From an uncultured Methanomicrobiaceae archaeon (GTDB lineage Archaea > Halobacteriota > Methanomicrobia > Methanomicrobiales > Methanoculleaceae), in assembly GCA_963826525.1 (NCBI GenBank), contig CAWGXH010000004.1, positions 352,001-416,000 on the forward strand: a stretch of 64,000 bases of DNA, in the 5' to 3' direction. The notes beneath the pieces were generated by a model. That model made no database searches, was not told where the DNA came from, and worked only from the letters and a program-made list of their open reading frames with translations. Shown piece after piece: positions 40,598-50,624 of this stretch. A program made the position numbers and the translations under genes. The first letter of the stretch is position 1. Each line of letters opens with the position of its first letter.

Positions 40598-41263
40598 ATG
40601 TCCGATTATACCAGTAACGGCGAGCGGGGCGAGGGTATCATCCCCCCGCCACCCGACACCGGGGAACCTGAGGAGAGGCCGCATGGAGACGCACCGGCGC
40701 TTGAGGAGGGAACAGAGCAGGAGAGCAGGATCGTCAGGCCCGCCCCTCCACCGCCAGCAGCACCGAAACCGACGCCGGTCGCGACGTCAAAACGAAAGAG
40801 CACGCATACGGGGCTTAAGATTGCTCTTGCCATCATTGTTGTCGTTGCCGTTCTCGCGGTTGCCGCAGTTGCCACCCTGAACGTAGAGGAGACGGCAGCG
40901 AGCACCTCCGTATCGTATCCGTATACCGTCACCTACGATGTCCTCTTCCCGAACTCCGAGGTCGTCAGGCTCGGCAACGTCGAGATCCTCGCGATCCCCC
41001 AGGCAGACAAGGTGACGCTCTCCGTCAATAAACAGCCCATCGAACTTGCGATCGGTGAGAAACAGGAGATCTCTGCAAAGCACGCCGTCATACGCACGCT
41101 CGGTGTCCAGGTGGTAGCGTTCGACTTCAAGATCGACGGCACCTACCGCGGGATGGTGGGAGACCGCGCCGATTTCTATCTCGCGTTCCAGACGTCACGG
41201 CAGGTACCGTCATTCCTGATCGATCAGCTCCTGCCGCGCAACGTCGAGGCGAGACCCGTCTAG
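40598..41263 (+). CDS. Hypothetical membrane-anchored protein (Pro/Glu-rich N-terminus, one TM, beta-rich C-domain)
   Basis: 221-aa ORF after AAGGAG; hydrophobic IALAIIVVVAVLAVAAVA. Confidence 0.7.
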   Translation: MSDYTSNGERGEGIIPPPPDTGEPEERPHGDAPALEEGTEQESRIVRPAPPPPAAPKPTPVATSKRKSTHTGLKIALAIIVVVAVLAVAAVATLNVEETAASTSVSYPYTVTYDVLFPNSEVVRLGNVEILAIPQADKVTLSVNKQPIELAIGEKQEISAKHAVIRTLGVQVVAFDFKIDGTYRGMVGDRADFYLAFQTSRQVPSFLIDQLLPRNVEARPV

Positions 41264-41391
41264 ATAGGGGTTCTCTCCCACCTCCCCTCTCAGAGAAGAG
41301 TCTCTCCCGACCCTTCTTCGCAGACAGTCACGCCGACGCCCATGACGGCGAGCGACAGATATATCAATAAGAAGCAGCCATTCCCCTCACG

Positions 41392-41658
41392 ATGGGACGC
41401 TGGTTGACGAGACTCGGCCTGAGCCTGCTTGCGATCGGGCTGGTTGCCGCCCTGCTCTGGCTGCTGTACCTGTACCCGGAGATCGTTCTCGTATACGAGC
41501 TGGGCCTTATCGGCCTTGTATGCGGCCTTGAACTGCTCAACAGCTCGTCACTGAAAGCACGTCCGTTCGTAGGCTACCTCAGGATCACGCTGGTCGCCGG
41601 TCTTGTCATCTTCGGCCTTATCGTGATAAACAAGTTCCTGGTTCTGCTCGGGGGATAG
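41392..41658 (+). CDS. Small hypothetical membrane protein (about 3 TM)
   Basis: 88 aa, three hydrophobic segments; AT-rich promoter-like GATATATCAATAA upstream. Confidence 0.6.
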   Translation: MGRWLTRLGLSLLAIGLVAALLWLLYLYPEIVLVYELGLIGLVCGLELLNSSSLKARPFVGYLRITLVAGLVIFGLIVINKFLVLLGG

Positions 41659-41965
41659 CGCCCCGGCACCCCTCTTTCTCTCCGAAAAATCCTCTCCGCC
41701 CGTCAGAGAAGAAGGCCGGACGGTAACGGCACTGCCGGTAGTCCCGGCCGCTCTCCCGCACCCTCACGAGGGCAGGATTCGATATGCGGGAGAGGCGAAG
41801 AATTAAATAGGTGAATGGGCTTCATCAGAGTATCCTCATCATATGGAGATGCCCTGCACCAGAGACGAGTCGGCAGGAAGAGAGCACCCTGCCGACGAAG
41901 ATTTACTGCCGGCGGAGGAAACCGCACCGGGATTACCGGGAACAGGGCTGAAGGGAGACGATAAC

Positions 41966-43216
41966 GTGGTTTTCGAAGATCTCATCAATAAAACAGTCTG
42001 TGTCGCAGGCCTCGGCTACGTCGGCCTTCCGCTTGCCGACAGCTTTGCAGAACACCTATCGACAATCGGCTTTGATATCGACCAGAGGAAGATTGCCGCC
42101 ATTGAAGCACGGGAGAGGAACCGGATCACCGCCACATCCGACCCTGCCCGGATACGCGAGGCGGACTATGTGCTGCTCTGCGTCCCGACACCAGTCACGC
42201 GGTCGAAGGAGCCGGATATGCGCTTTGTCACGTCCGTTGCAGAAGTCGTCGGGAGAAACCTGAAACCCGGAGCGATCGTTGTCCTCGAATCGACCGTGTA
42301 TCCCGGGGTGACCGAAGAGGTGGTAGCACCGATCCTCGAACGCGAATCGGGACTCCGGTGCGGGACCGACTTTAAGGTGGGCTACTCTCCGGAGCGGATA
42401 AACCCGAGCGACGAGGCCCATACGCTCGATAAGATCACCAAGATCGTCTCGGGGATGGATGCAGAGACGACGGAGATCCTTGCCGGCTTGTATGGACTGG
42501 TCACAACCGTCTACGTGGCACCCGACATCAGGACCGCAGAGGCGGCAAAGGTGATCGAGAACGTGCAGCGCGATCTCAACATTGCCCTGATGAACGAACT
42601 TGCAATCATCTTCCACAGAATGGGCATCGATACGGCATCTGTCCTGAAAGCGGCAGGAACGAAATGGAATTTTCATCAGTACACGCCGGGTCTCGTCGGC
42701 GGCCACTGTATTCCGGTCGACCCCTATTACCTCGTCTATCGGGCGAAAGAGCTCGGGTACCATCCGCAGGTGATCCTCGCCGGACGGGCGATCAACGACT
42801 ATGTCCCCCGGCACATCGCCGAAATGGTTGTCAAGGGACTCAATGAGCAGGGAATGGTCATCAAGGGATCGAACGTCCTGATCATGGGACTGACCTACAA
42901 AGAGAATGTGCCCGATACCCGGGAAAGCCCGGTCAAAGAGATCGTCGCCTATCTGAAAGAGTTCGGTGTCAACGTATACGGCCACGACCCCCTGCTCTCC
43001 CTGAGCGAGATGGAGACCTTCGATCTTGTGCCGCTCGAGGAGATTGACGTCAAGGCCGATGCCGTCGTCGTCGCCGTTGCGCACGACCAGTTCAGGGATC
43101 TCTCGCTCGATCAGGTAGGCAGCATCATGAATTCGAGCAGAGTTCTCATCGATGTACGGGGAGTCTTTGCCGACAGAAACCCCGCCGGGGACGGGTTCTA
43201 TTATAAGCGGCTGTGA
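41966..43216 (+). CDS. Nucleotide-sugar (UDP-HexNAc) 6-dehydrogenase, TviB/WbpO type
   Basis: GLGYVGLPLA, VPTP, ESTVYPGVTEE, SPERINP, AKVIENVQRDLNIALMNEL, PGLVGGHCIPVDPYYL, GLTYKENVPDTRES. Confidence 0.93.
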   Translation: MVFEDLINKTVCVAGLGYVGLPLADSFAEHLSTIGFDIDQRKIAAIEARERNRITATSDPARIREADYVLLCVPTPVTRSKEPDMRFVTSVAEVVGRNLKPGAIVVLESTVYPGVTEEVVAPILERESGLRCGTDFKVGYSPERINPSDEAHTLDKITKIVSGMDAETTEILAGLYGLVTTVYVAPDIRTAEAAKVIENVQRDLNIALMNELAIIFHRMGIDTASVLKAAGTKWNFHQYTPGLVGGHCIPVDPYYLVYRAKELGYHPQVILAGRAINDYVPRHIAEMVVKGLNEQGMVIKGSNVLIMGLTYKENVPDTRESPVKEIVAYLKEFGVNVYGHDPLLSLSEMETFDLVPLEEIDVKADAVVVAVAHDQFRDLSLDQVGSIMNSSRVLIDVRGVFADRNPAGDGFYYKRL

Positions 43217-43246
43217 CTGCTCGAAAAGAGCGATTTTAACACATAC

Positions 43247-43274
43247 GGGAATGCGGGGGTGTATCCCGCATCCC
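43247..43274. terminator. Hairpin between convergent genes
   Basis: GGGAATGCGGG..CCCGCATCCC inverted repeat between the dehydrogenase stop and the beta-helix 1 stop. Confidence 0.35.
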
Positions 43275-43355
43275 CTCATCCTGCGGCAAACCGGCGTTGG
43301 TTCGCCGCCGTTCTCCAAGAGGTGGTAACCAGGCGGATTTTTCTGCCGCACACCG

Positions 43356-44730
43356 TCAGGATGACGGCACGGCGGCAAGGTCGCTGGTTATGAGAAGTTT
43401 ATCCAGTTTGGTACCGTCCTCTCTCCACATCACTTTCAGCGCGTGCTTGCCTGCGGAAAGGGTGTACTGACCTACTTTGTTCCACGTCCAGACCTTGCCG
43501 GTGGCGGGCTCCCACTTGAACGCCGCACCACCGTCGATAGAGACCCAGAACGAGTCCGTCGTGCTGTCCGGGGCGAGCGTTCTGCCGTGGATGGCATACT
43601 GACCGGCCGCAGACAGATCGAACGTGTAGGTTGCAGTTCCCGTGGTCGGCGCGGAGGCGCGTGCACCGGTGCCGGTCGGGACGACAATATACTTCCCGCC
43701 CGATGCGGCAACATCGTTGAGCGCCTGCATGGGTGCGACGAGCGTGCCGCTCTCCGCCTCAATCACAATATCTTTCTCGACCGGGATGTCGATGGGAGTT
43801 CCATCGCCCATACCTTCCGGTACAAAGGTCGGATCGCTGCTGACGACGACCTTGTCGATCTTCGTGCCGTCCTCACGTAGCATCACCTTCAGGGTGTGCG
43901 TGCCGGCGGCCAGCGGATAGGATCCCATCTTGTTCCAGGTCCACTCCGAACCTGTGCCCGGTTCCCACTTGAAGGCCGCACCACCGTCGATGGAGACCCA
44001 GAACGAGTCGTCCGTGCTCGACGGGGCGAGTGTCCGTCCGTGAACGGCATAGGTGCCCGAGGCGGGGACGGTGAACGTAACGGTTACCGCTCCATCCACG
44101 GGGGGCGAGGCCCGGTTGCCTGCACCCTGCGGTGCCCAGACGTACTTGCCGCCGGATGCGGATGCATCGGATGCAACGACCATCGGGCTTGCCGGGACTG
44201 CAGACTCCATCTCAACCCAGACCTGGGGGCTGGTCGGAGTCGGGGTCGGTGTGGGGGTAGGGCTCGGCGTCGGGGTCGGCGTCGGCGTCACAACCGGATC
44301 GGCCGCTCCGCCGGTGCCGGTCGGCACGAAACCGGGGTCATTGGTGGCGAGGAGCTTGTCGAGTTTCGCTCCGTCCTCGCGCCACATCACCTTCACGGTG
44401 TGGTCACCGGGGGTGAGCGAGTACGAATCCGACCTTCGTCCACTGCCAGTCGGTGCTCACGACGGGCGCCCAGCTGAATGCGGCTGCACCGTCGATGGAG
44501 ACCCAGAACGAGTCGCTCGCGCTGTCCGGAGCACTACACCGGCCATAGATGGCGTAGGTGCCTGCCTCGGAGACGCTGATCCGGGAGGTCGCGGTTCCCT
44601 CGGTTGCCGGGGGCTGCACGGAATGTCCGGTTCCCTCAGGAACCCCGATGTACTTCCCGCCGGAGGCTGCTGTATCGGCAGCTGCCGTCATCGGTGCGGT
44701 TATGCCGGCCGCTTCAGCCTCGTACCAGAG
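43356..44730 (-). repeat. Three tandem approx. 125-aa CBM-like modules
   Basis: Each has E[AM]E, AASGGKY/SASGGKY, YA[IV][YH]GR..AP, DSFWVSIDG, W.W.K[VM]G.Y.L..G.H..KVM.REDG.K.DK; the DNA word GAGACCCAGAACGAGTC occurs three times (about 43540, 43993, 44498). Confidence 0.9.
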
Positions 44731-46306
44731 GTACACCGGATTATCGACAGGAGTCGGCGTCGGGGTAGGTGTCGGTGAAATCACACCGGAGCCGACAACG
44801 ACACCGCTTGTGTCGACAGCCGTTCCGCCGATGACCTTGACGGCGCTCGTGCTGGTCGTGGCGATCGTACCGGTCACCTTAACGCGCTGGGCGTTCTCAA
44901 AGCAGAGAACGATCGATGACTTACAGTTCTGGGCGTGGATATCGATCGTGCTGTCGGTCAGCGGGCCGTTCCACATACTGTAGGCAAACGGATCGTCGGA
45001 TGCCGTCGTCGCCGCGAACTTGGCTGCCGTGACGGTCGAAGAGCCCGTGTGCAGCGGGTAGCCTGCAGCACCGTTCAGGTAGAAGTCCTCGACCTTCATG
45101 TTCCAGGCCTTCGAGAGGACGATCCCCTGGCGGACGGCGTCGTTCGAGGTGCAGTTCGTCATGGTGATATCATGGCCGTGCCTGACCACGAAGCCGTACC
45201 AGGAGGCGTCGTCCCGGCAGTTCACGAAGGTGTCGTCGGAACACTGGCTGACACTACCGCCGCTGACCAGATACCCGTGCTTGTTGTTGTACGAGTAGCA
45301 GTTCTCGAGGTTGCATCCCTTCGGGACGGTGAACCCGGCGCCGAACATGCACTTGTCTTTGCCCTTCTGGGCGTTGTTGACGCTGACGCAGTCCTTGAAG
45401 TTCACGTTCTTGCTGCTCAGGTATGAGAAGCCCTCGAGGTGGAACCCGCTCTCCTGGTTGCCTTCTGCGTAGCAGCCGACGATCCAGGCATTCTCGATGT
45501 TGTTCTTCTCGAGGATGTCAAACCCGGTCACCCACGGCCCCGTCGAGACGGAGCTGTATCTGCCGCAGTTGATGAGCTTCGCAGTTGATGTACCGGACGT
45601 TCTTGATCAGGTTCGGGCTTCCCTCACCGCTGTTCAGGAACCCGTAGCGGCCGCAGTCGATCGCCTTGCAGTTCACGAACTCGACGTCCTCGACGACTTT
45701 GTTGGCCGCCCAGACGTAGAATCCGCCGATCCGCGAGTTGTCGACCGTCATCGTCACATTACGGACACGGGCGTGGTTGGTCTCGATGAGCATGTCGGCC
45801 TTGCCGGTCACCTTGAAGTCGGCGAACGTCACGTACTGTGAACGGATCCGAAGGCCCCCGTCGCCCGGAAACTTCAGGATTGTGGCGTCAGGCCCCTCGC
45901 CTTTCAGCGTCTTGTACGCGGCGGGCTGCAGGTTGCCGGCACAGTTGTACGTTCCCTTCAGCAGGAGAACCGTTCCGCCGCCGGCAGGGAGGGCATTGAG
46001 GGCGGCCTGAATCTCGACATGGTCGTTAGACCCGTCGCAGACGTATTTGGCCGACGCCTTTGCTGCTGCACTGCTGTCGCTTGCTGCTACGAGGATTGTC
46101 GTCGTGCTTCCGCCGGACTCAGCCCAGTTCGAGCCGGTAGCGGTGCGAAGCTGCGTCACGGTATCCGCGACCTTTGCATCGGAATACCGGAGATCCTGGA
46201 AATCTGTCGATGTCGCTGCTGATGCACTCATCGGCACAATGGCCGATGCAAAACAGAGCACCAGAAATACTGAGATTACTTGTCTTGCTGATGGTCGATC
46301 TCCCAT
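43356..46306 (-). CDS. Secreted right-handed beta-helix protein 1 with Pro/Thr linkers and three CBM-like modules (about 980 aa); apparent +1 frameshifts near 45574 and 44427
   Basis: Three ORFs (45518-46306, 44404-45531, 43356-44396) join into one protein collinear with its paralogues; signal peptide; DHVEIQAALNALP..GGTV.L..GTY pectate-lyase-3-like N-cap; periodic NC/FxxC coils. Confidence 0.85.
44229..44290 (-). repeat. Pro-Thr dipeptide linker (second copy at about 44750-44780)
   Basis: TPTPTPTPSPTPTPTPTPT encoded by imperfect 6-bp repeats. Confidence 0.9.
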
Positions 46307-46799
46307 TACTCACCTCCGTTTCTGGGGTTGATGCATTATCTATGGAGAATTGTATAAGAAGTTTCTTAATTTTATCTGACTATTATTATAAGTCGCATGC
46401 CCAAAATAATGGGATATATTAGTCCTTTTTGCTAAATCTAAGAGAATCAGGAAAGGAGGGTTTGGGTTAATTATTAATACTAAGAATCGGCCGCGGTGCA
46501 GCCCGATAATGCGTCCGTAGGGCGGGGCGATTCCGGAGTACGGGGGGCGGATAGCGACCCCCCATGCCCCGTGCAGGAGCCTTCCCAAGAGAGAGGCCGC
46601 CTGCCGGACCCTGGAAAACACGCATACCTTACCCCATCCGATAGCAGGAATCAAGACCGTGCCGCACCAGCGCACCACTCGGGCATAATCGCCGGGGTTG
46701 ACTGTCCCGCCTCTCCCGGGAAGGCGTCTGGGTGCTCATCGGCGTATGCAGAAACGATAACGGCACCGCCTGTAAAAAAAGAGAAGGGAATTTAGAGTC

Positions 46800-48359
46800 T
46801 CAATCGATCAGCGGTATCAGAATCGGTACCAGAATTGGTTTCAGTTCCGGAATAGCGCCGCCGTTCGAGACCACAACACCGGAGACATCGACGTTCGATC
46901 CCCCGATGACCTTCACCGCATTGGGGCTGCTCGATACGATGTTGCCGGTTACGGTCACTCTTTCTGCGTTCTCAAGGCAGATGACGGTATCCGATTCACA
47001 CCCTTCAGCATTGATATCGATCGTGCTGTCGGTGACCGGCCCGTGCCACATGCCCCCGGCGAAGGGATCGTCGGCAGTCTTGGTTCCGGCGAACTTTGCA
47101 GCCGTGACGGTCGAAGACCCGGCATGCAGTGGGTATCCTCCGGCGTTCCTCATGGTGAAGTTCTCGACCGTGAGGTTCCAGGCCTTCGAGAGGACGATTC
47201 CGTCGCGTTCAGCGTCGTTTGAGACGCAGTCGGTGATCGAGCTGTCGTAGCCGTGACGGAACATAAAGCCGTACCAGGAGGCGTCGTCCCGGCAGTTCTT
47301 CATGGTGATATCATAGCACTTGCTGATGCTGCCACCGCTGACGAGGAAACCGTGCTTGTTGTTGTACGAGTAGCAGTTCTCGAGGTTGCATCCCTTGGGG
47401 GTCGTGAACCCGGCGCCGAACATGGCATTCTCTTTGCCCTTCGCGGCATTGTTGATGCTGACGCAGTCCTTGAAGTTCACGTTCTTGATGTTCAGATACG
47501 AGAAGCCCTCGAGGTGGAACCCGCTCTCCTGGTTGCCTTCCGCGTAGCAGCCGACGATCCAGGCATCCTCGATATCGTTCTTCTCGACGATATCAAACCC
47601 GGTCACCCAGGGGCCGGTATTGACGTAGCTGTCCCGTCCGCAGTTGATAGCTTCGCAGTTGATGAACCGGACGTTCTTGACGAGTTTCGGCGACCCTTCA
47701 CCGCTGTTGATGAACCCATAGCGGCCGCAGTCGATCGCCTTGCAGTTCACGAACTCGACGTCTTCGACGACTTTGTTGGCCGCCCAGACGTAGAAGGCAC
47801 CGATCCGCGAGTTGTCCACCGTCATCGTCACGTTGTGGACGCGTGCATGGCTCTGGGCAACGAGCAGGTCGGCGGTGCCGAGGATCGTGAAGTCTGCAAA
47901 GGTTACATAGGACGAACGGACTCGTGGTCCGCCCACACCCGGAAACTTCAGGATTGTGGCGTCGGCGCCCGAACCTTTCAGCGTGGTGTAGGCACCGGGC
48001 TGCAGGTTGCCGGCACAGTTGAACGTACCCTCCGTCAGGAGGACGGTTCCGCCGGCGGGCAGCGCCTTGAGAGCGGCCTGAATCTCCAGGTGATCATTGA
48101 CCCCGTCACAGGTGTAATCTGCCTGAGCCTTTGACGCTTCACCGGCATCGTATGCCGCCACAACGAGCGTCACCGTGCCTGCTTCCGCGGTAGCCCATTC
48201 CGAGCTCTCCGTGCGCAGGCTGTTTGTGTATTCCGACACTTGTTCTTCGGTCAGGCGCAGATCTTCGATAGGCGTGGCAGCGGTTCCGGCTGCTGTACCG
48301 GCCGGCATCATCGCCGACACCAGGCACAGCACCAGAACCGTGCTTATCACGTGTTTCAT
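46800..48359 (-). CDS. Secreted right-handed beta-helix protein 2
   Basis: Signal peptide MKHVISTVLVLCLVSAMMPAGTAA (the GGAGGTGA SD fits an in-frame CTG at 48377 better); conserved core MTVDNSRIGAFYVWAAN..GNQESGFHLEGFSYL. Confidence 0.88.
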   Translation of the reverse strand: MKHVISTVLVLCLVSAMMPAGTAAGTAATPIEDLRLTEEQVSEYTNSLRTESSEWATAEAGTVTLVVAAYDAGEASKAQADYTCDGVNDHLEIQAALKALPAGGTVLLTEGTFNCAGNLQPGAYTTLKGSGADATILKFPGVGGPRVRSSYVTFADFTILGTADLLVAQSHARVHNVTMTVDNSRIGAFYVWAANKVVEDVEFVNCKAIDCGRYGFINSGEGSPKLVKNVRFINCEAINCGRDSYVNTGPWVTGFDIVEKNDIEDAWIVGCYAEGNQESGFHLEGFSYLNIKNVNFKDCVSINNAAKGKENAMFGAGFTTPKGCNLENCYSYNNKHGFLVSGGSISKCYDITMKNCRDDASWYGFMFRHGYDSSITDCVSNDAERDGIVLSKAWNLTVENFTMRNAGGYPLHAGSSTVTAAKFAGTKTADDPFAGGMWHGPVTDSTIDINAEGCESDTVICLENAERVTVTGNIVSSSPNAVKVIGGSNVDVSGVVVSNGGAIPELKPILVPILIPLID

Positions 48360-48735
48360 GGTTTGTCTGTATCTCAGGATTTCACCTCCGAGGTGACACC
48401 AGCTCATATAATAATAATTTTATAAAAACCTATTGAAAATAAACAGGAGTATGAGCACAAAGATCCAAAGCATTGAGGAGATATAGCGGAACTAAAGGCC
48501 TGTGAGAGGTTTTTTAGCAGAGATTACACCGGAGATAGTTATAAATATGCGATACTGCAGCAGTGCTGGCGGGCCCGGGAGGTTTGTGATGAACACTTCC
48601 CCGAACGAGATCACCGGGGACGAAAAACGCAGACGGAAGTGTAGACAGAAAAAAGATCGATGGCGGGGATGGCCGCCACCGGGCGGTGCTATCGGTGCGG
48701 TTTACCCACGAGGGGATCCCGCAACACTATTCCGC

Positions 48736-50229
48736 TTATGCGGTTGGGATAAAGACCGGGGCGCTTAATGTCTCTGCCACAGGTGCGTCGACCGTTGCAG
48801 AAGATACTTCTGCATTCACGCTTCCCGCAGCGGTGAATCCTGCAGTATCGACTGCCGTTCCACCGGCGACCCCTACCGGGTCTGCACTGGTGGTGACAGC
48901 GTCACCGGTGAGGGTAACCCGCTCGGCGTTCTCAAGGTAGACGATTGTGTCACATGTAACACCCTCGGCATGGATGTCAAGCGTGCTGTCGGTGACCGGA
49001 CCGTCCCACATACTGTAGGCGAACTGGTCGTCCGATGCCTTCGTTCCGGCGATCTTCACCGCAGCCATCTCGGAAGACCCTGCATGGACTTTATAGCCTG
49101 CAGTGCCGACCAGCCTGAAGTCCTCGGCTCTGATGTTCCAGGCCTTTGAGAGGACGAGACCCTGTCGTGCCGCATCCTTTGACTCGCAGTTCGTCAGGGT
49201 GCAGTCGTAGCCGTGGCGGATCGTGAACCCGTAGTCCGATCCTTCATCGGTGCAGTTCACAAAGGTGTTGCCGAACCCCTTGCTGACGCTGCCGCCGCTG
49301 ACGAGGTAGCCGTGCTTGTTGTTGACTGAGGTACAGTTCTCAAGCGTGGTACCCTTCGGGACGGTGAACCCGGCGCCGAACATGCAGGCATCCTTGCCCT
49401 TCGCGGCATTGTTGACGCTGACGCAGTCCTGGAACCGGACGTTCTCGATGTTCAGGTACGAGAAGCCCTCGAGGTGGAACCCGCTCTCCTGGTTGCCTTC
49501 CGCGTAGCAGCCGATGAGCTCGGCGCCGTCGATATCGTTCTTCTCGACGATATCAAACCCGGTCACCCAGGGGCCGGTCTTGACGTAGCTGTCCCGTCCG
49601 CAGTTGATCGCCTCGCAGTTGATATACTTGATATCCTTCACGAGCCGGGGCGACCCTTCGCCGCTGTTGATGAACCCGTAGCGGCCGCAGTCGATCGCCT
49701 TGCAGTTCTCAAAGACGGTGTCTTCGACGACATCGTTGGCCGCCCAGACGTAGAAGGCACCGATGCGGGAGTTGTCCACCGTCATCGTCACGTTACGGAC
49801 GCGGGCGTGATCGTCCTCGATCATCATGTCGGCCTTGCCAACGACCTTGAAGTCGGCGAACGTCACCGACGGTGCACGGATCCGAAGGCCGCCGTCGCCC
49901 GGATAGTTCAGGACGGTGGCATCTTCCCCGGCACCCTGCAGGGTCTTTCCTTCCCCGGGCTGGATGTTGCCGGCGCAGTTGAACGTACCCTCCGTCAGGA
50001 GGACGATTCCACCAGCAGGCAGGGCATCGAGAGCCTGCTGAATCTCCACGTGATCGCTTGTACCGTCGCAGATGTAGCTGGCCTGAGTTTTTGCTTCTTC
50101 GCTGCTGTCATATGCAGCCACGACAAGCGTGGTTGATCCCGCTGCCGCCCCTGCCGGTGCAAAAACCGGAATGAGGCAGAAGACCAGGAGCACTGCAACC
50201 AGTCGTTTCATACTTCGCGTGTCTCTCAT
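48736..50229 (-). CDS. Secreted right-handed beta-helix protein 3
   Basis: Signal peptide MKRLVAVLLVFCLIPVFAPAGAAA; same core motifs. Confidence 0.88.
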   Translation of the reverse strand: MRDTRSMKRLVAVLLVFCLIPVFAPAGAAAGSTTLVVAAYDSSEEAKTQASYICDGTSDHVEIQQALDALPAGGIVLLTEGTFNCAGNIQPGEGKTLQGAGEDATVLNYPGDGGLRIRAPSVTFADFKVVGKADMMIEDDHARVRNVTMTVDNSRIGAFYVWAANDVVEDTVFENCKAIDCGRYGFINSGEGSPRLVKDIKYINCEAINCGRDSYVKTGPWVTGFDIVEKNDIDGAELIGCYAEGNQESGFHLEGFSYLNIENVRFQDCVSVNNAAKGKDACMFGAGFTVPKGTTLENCTSVNNKHGYLVSGGSVSKGFGNTFVNCTDEGSDYGFTIRHGYDCTLTNCESKDAARQGLVLSKAWNIRAEDFRLVGTAGYKVHAGSSEMAAVKIAGTKASDDQFAYSMWDGPVTDSTLDIHAEGVTCDTIVYLENAERVTLTGDAVTTSADPVGVAGGTAVDTAGFTAAGSVNAEVSSATVDAPVAETLSAPVFIPTA

Positions 50230-50624
50230 GCTGCTCACTCCTCACATGGAGGTAGATCTGCATCTCTGAATCGCAATATAAATAATTATCCTATAATATC
50301 ACCTTTATAAAAATTGAGATCTGAGGAATAGGGCATATGATAATGGGAGTTTTTTATTTCAGGTTGAGAATAATAATTAAATCCGTGATGAGATGTAATA
50401 TATACTAGAACTTCGATCAATATCGGAGCGTTTAAATAATCGCGCTGATTGGCCGGCGCCATCCCCGGTGAGTTTCGAGAATAGCGGGGAAAAACAGGTT
50501 TTTGCGGGCAGGGAAGACTGCGCAAGCCGCCTCTGCGAGAAAGCTTTCAGTTCAGGGGCAACTTCCTCTTTCCCGGCCTACCTGCTTACAGACGTGGGTT
50601 TCGGAGAGAAAGGGGGGTTGTGAA

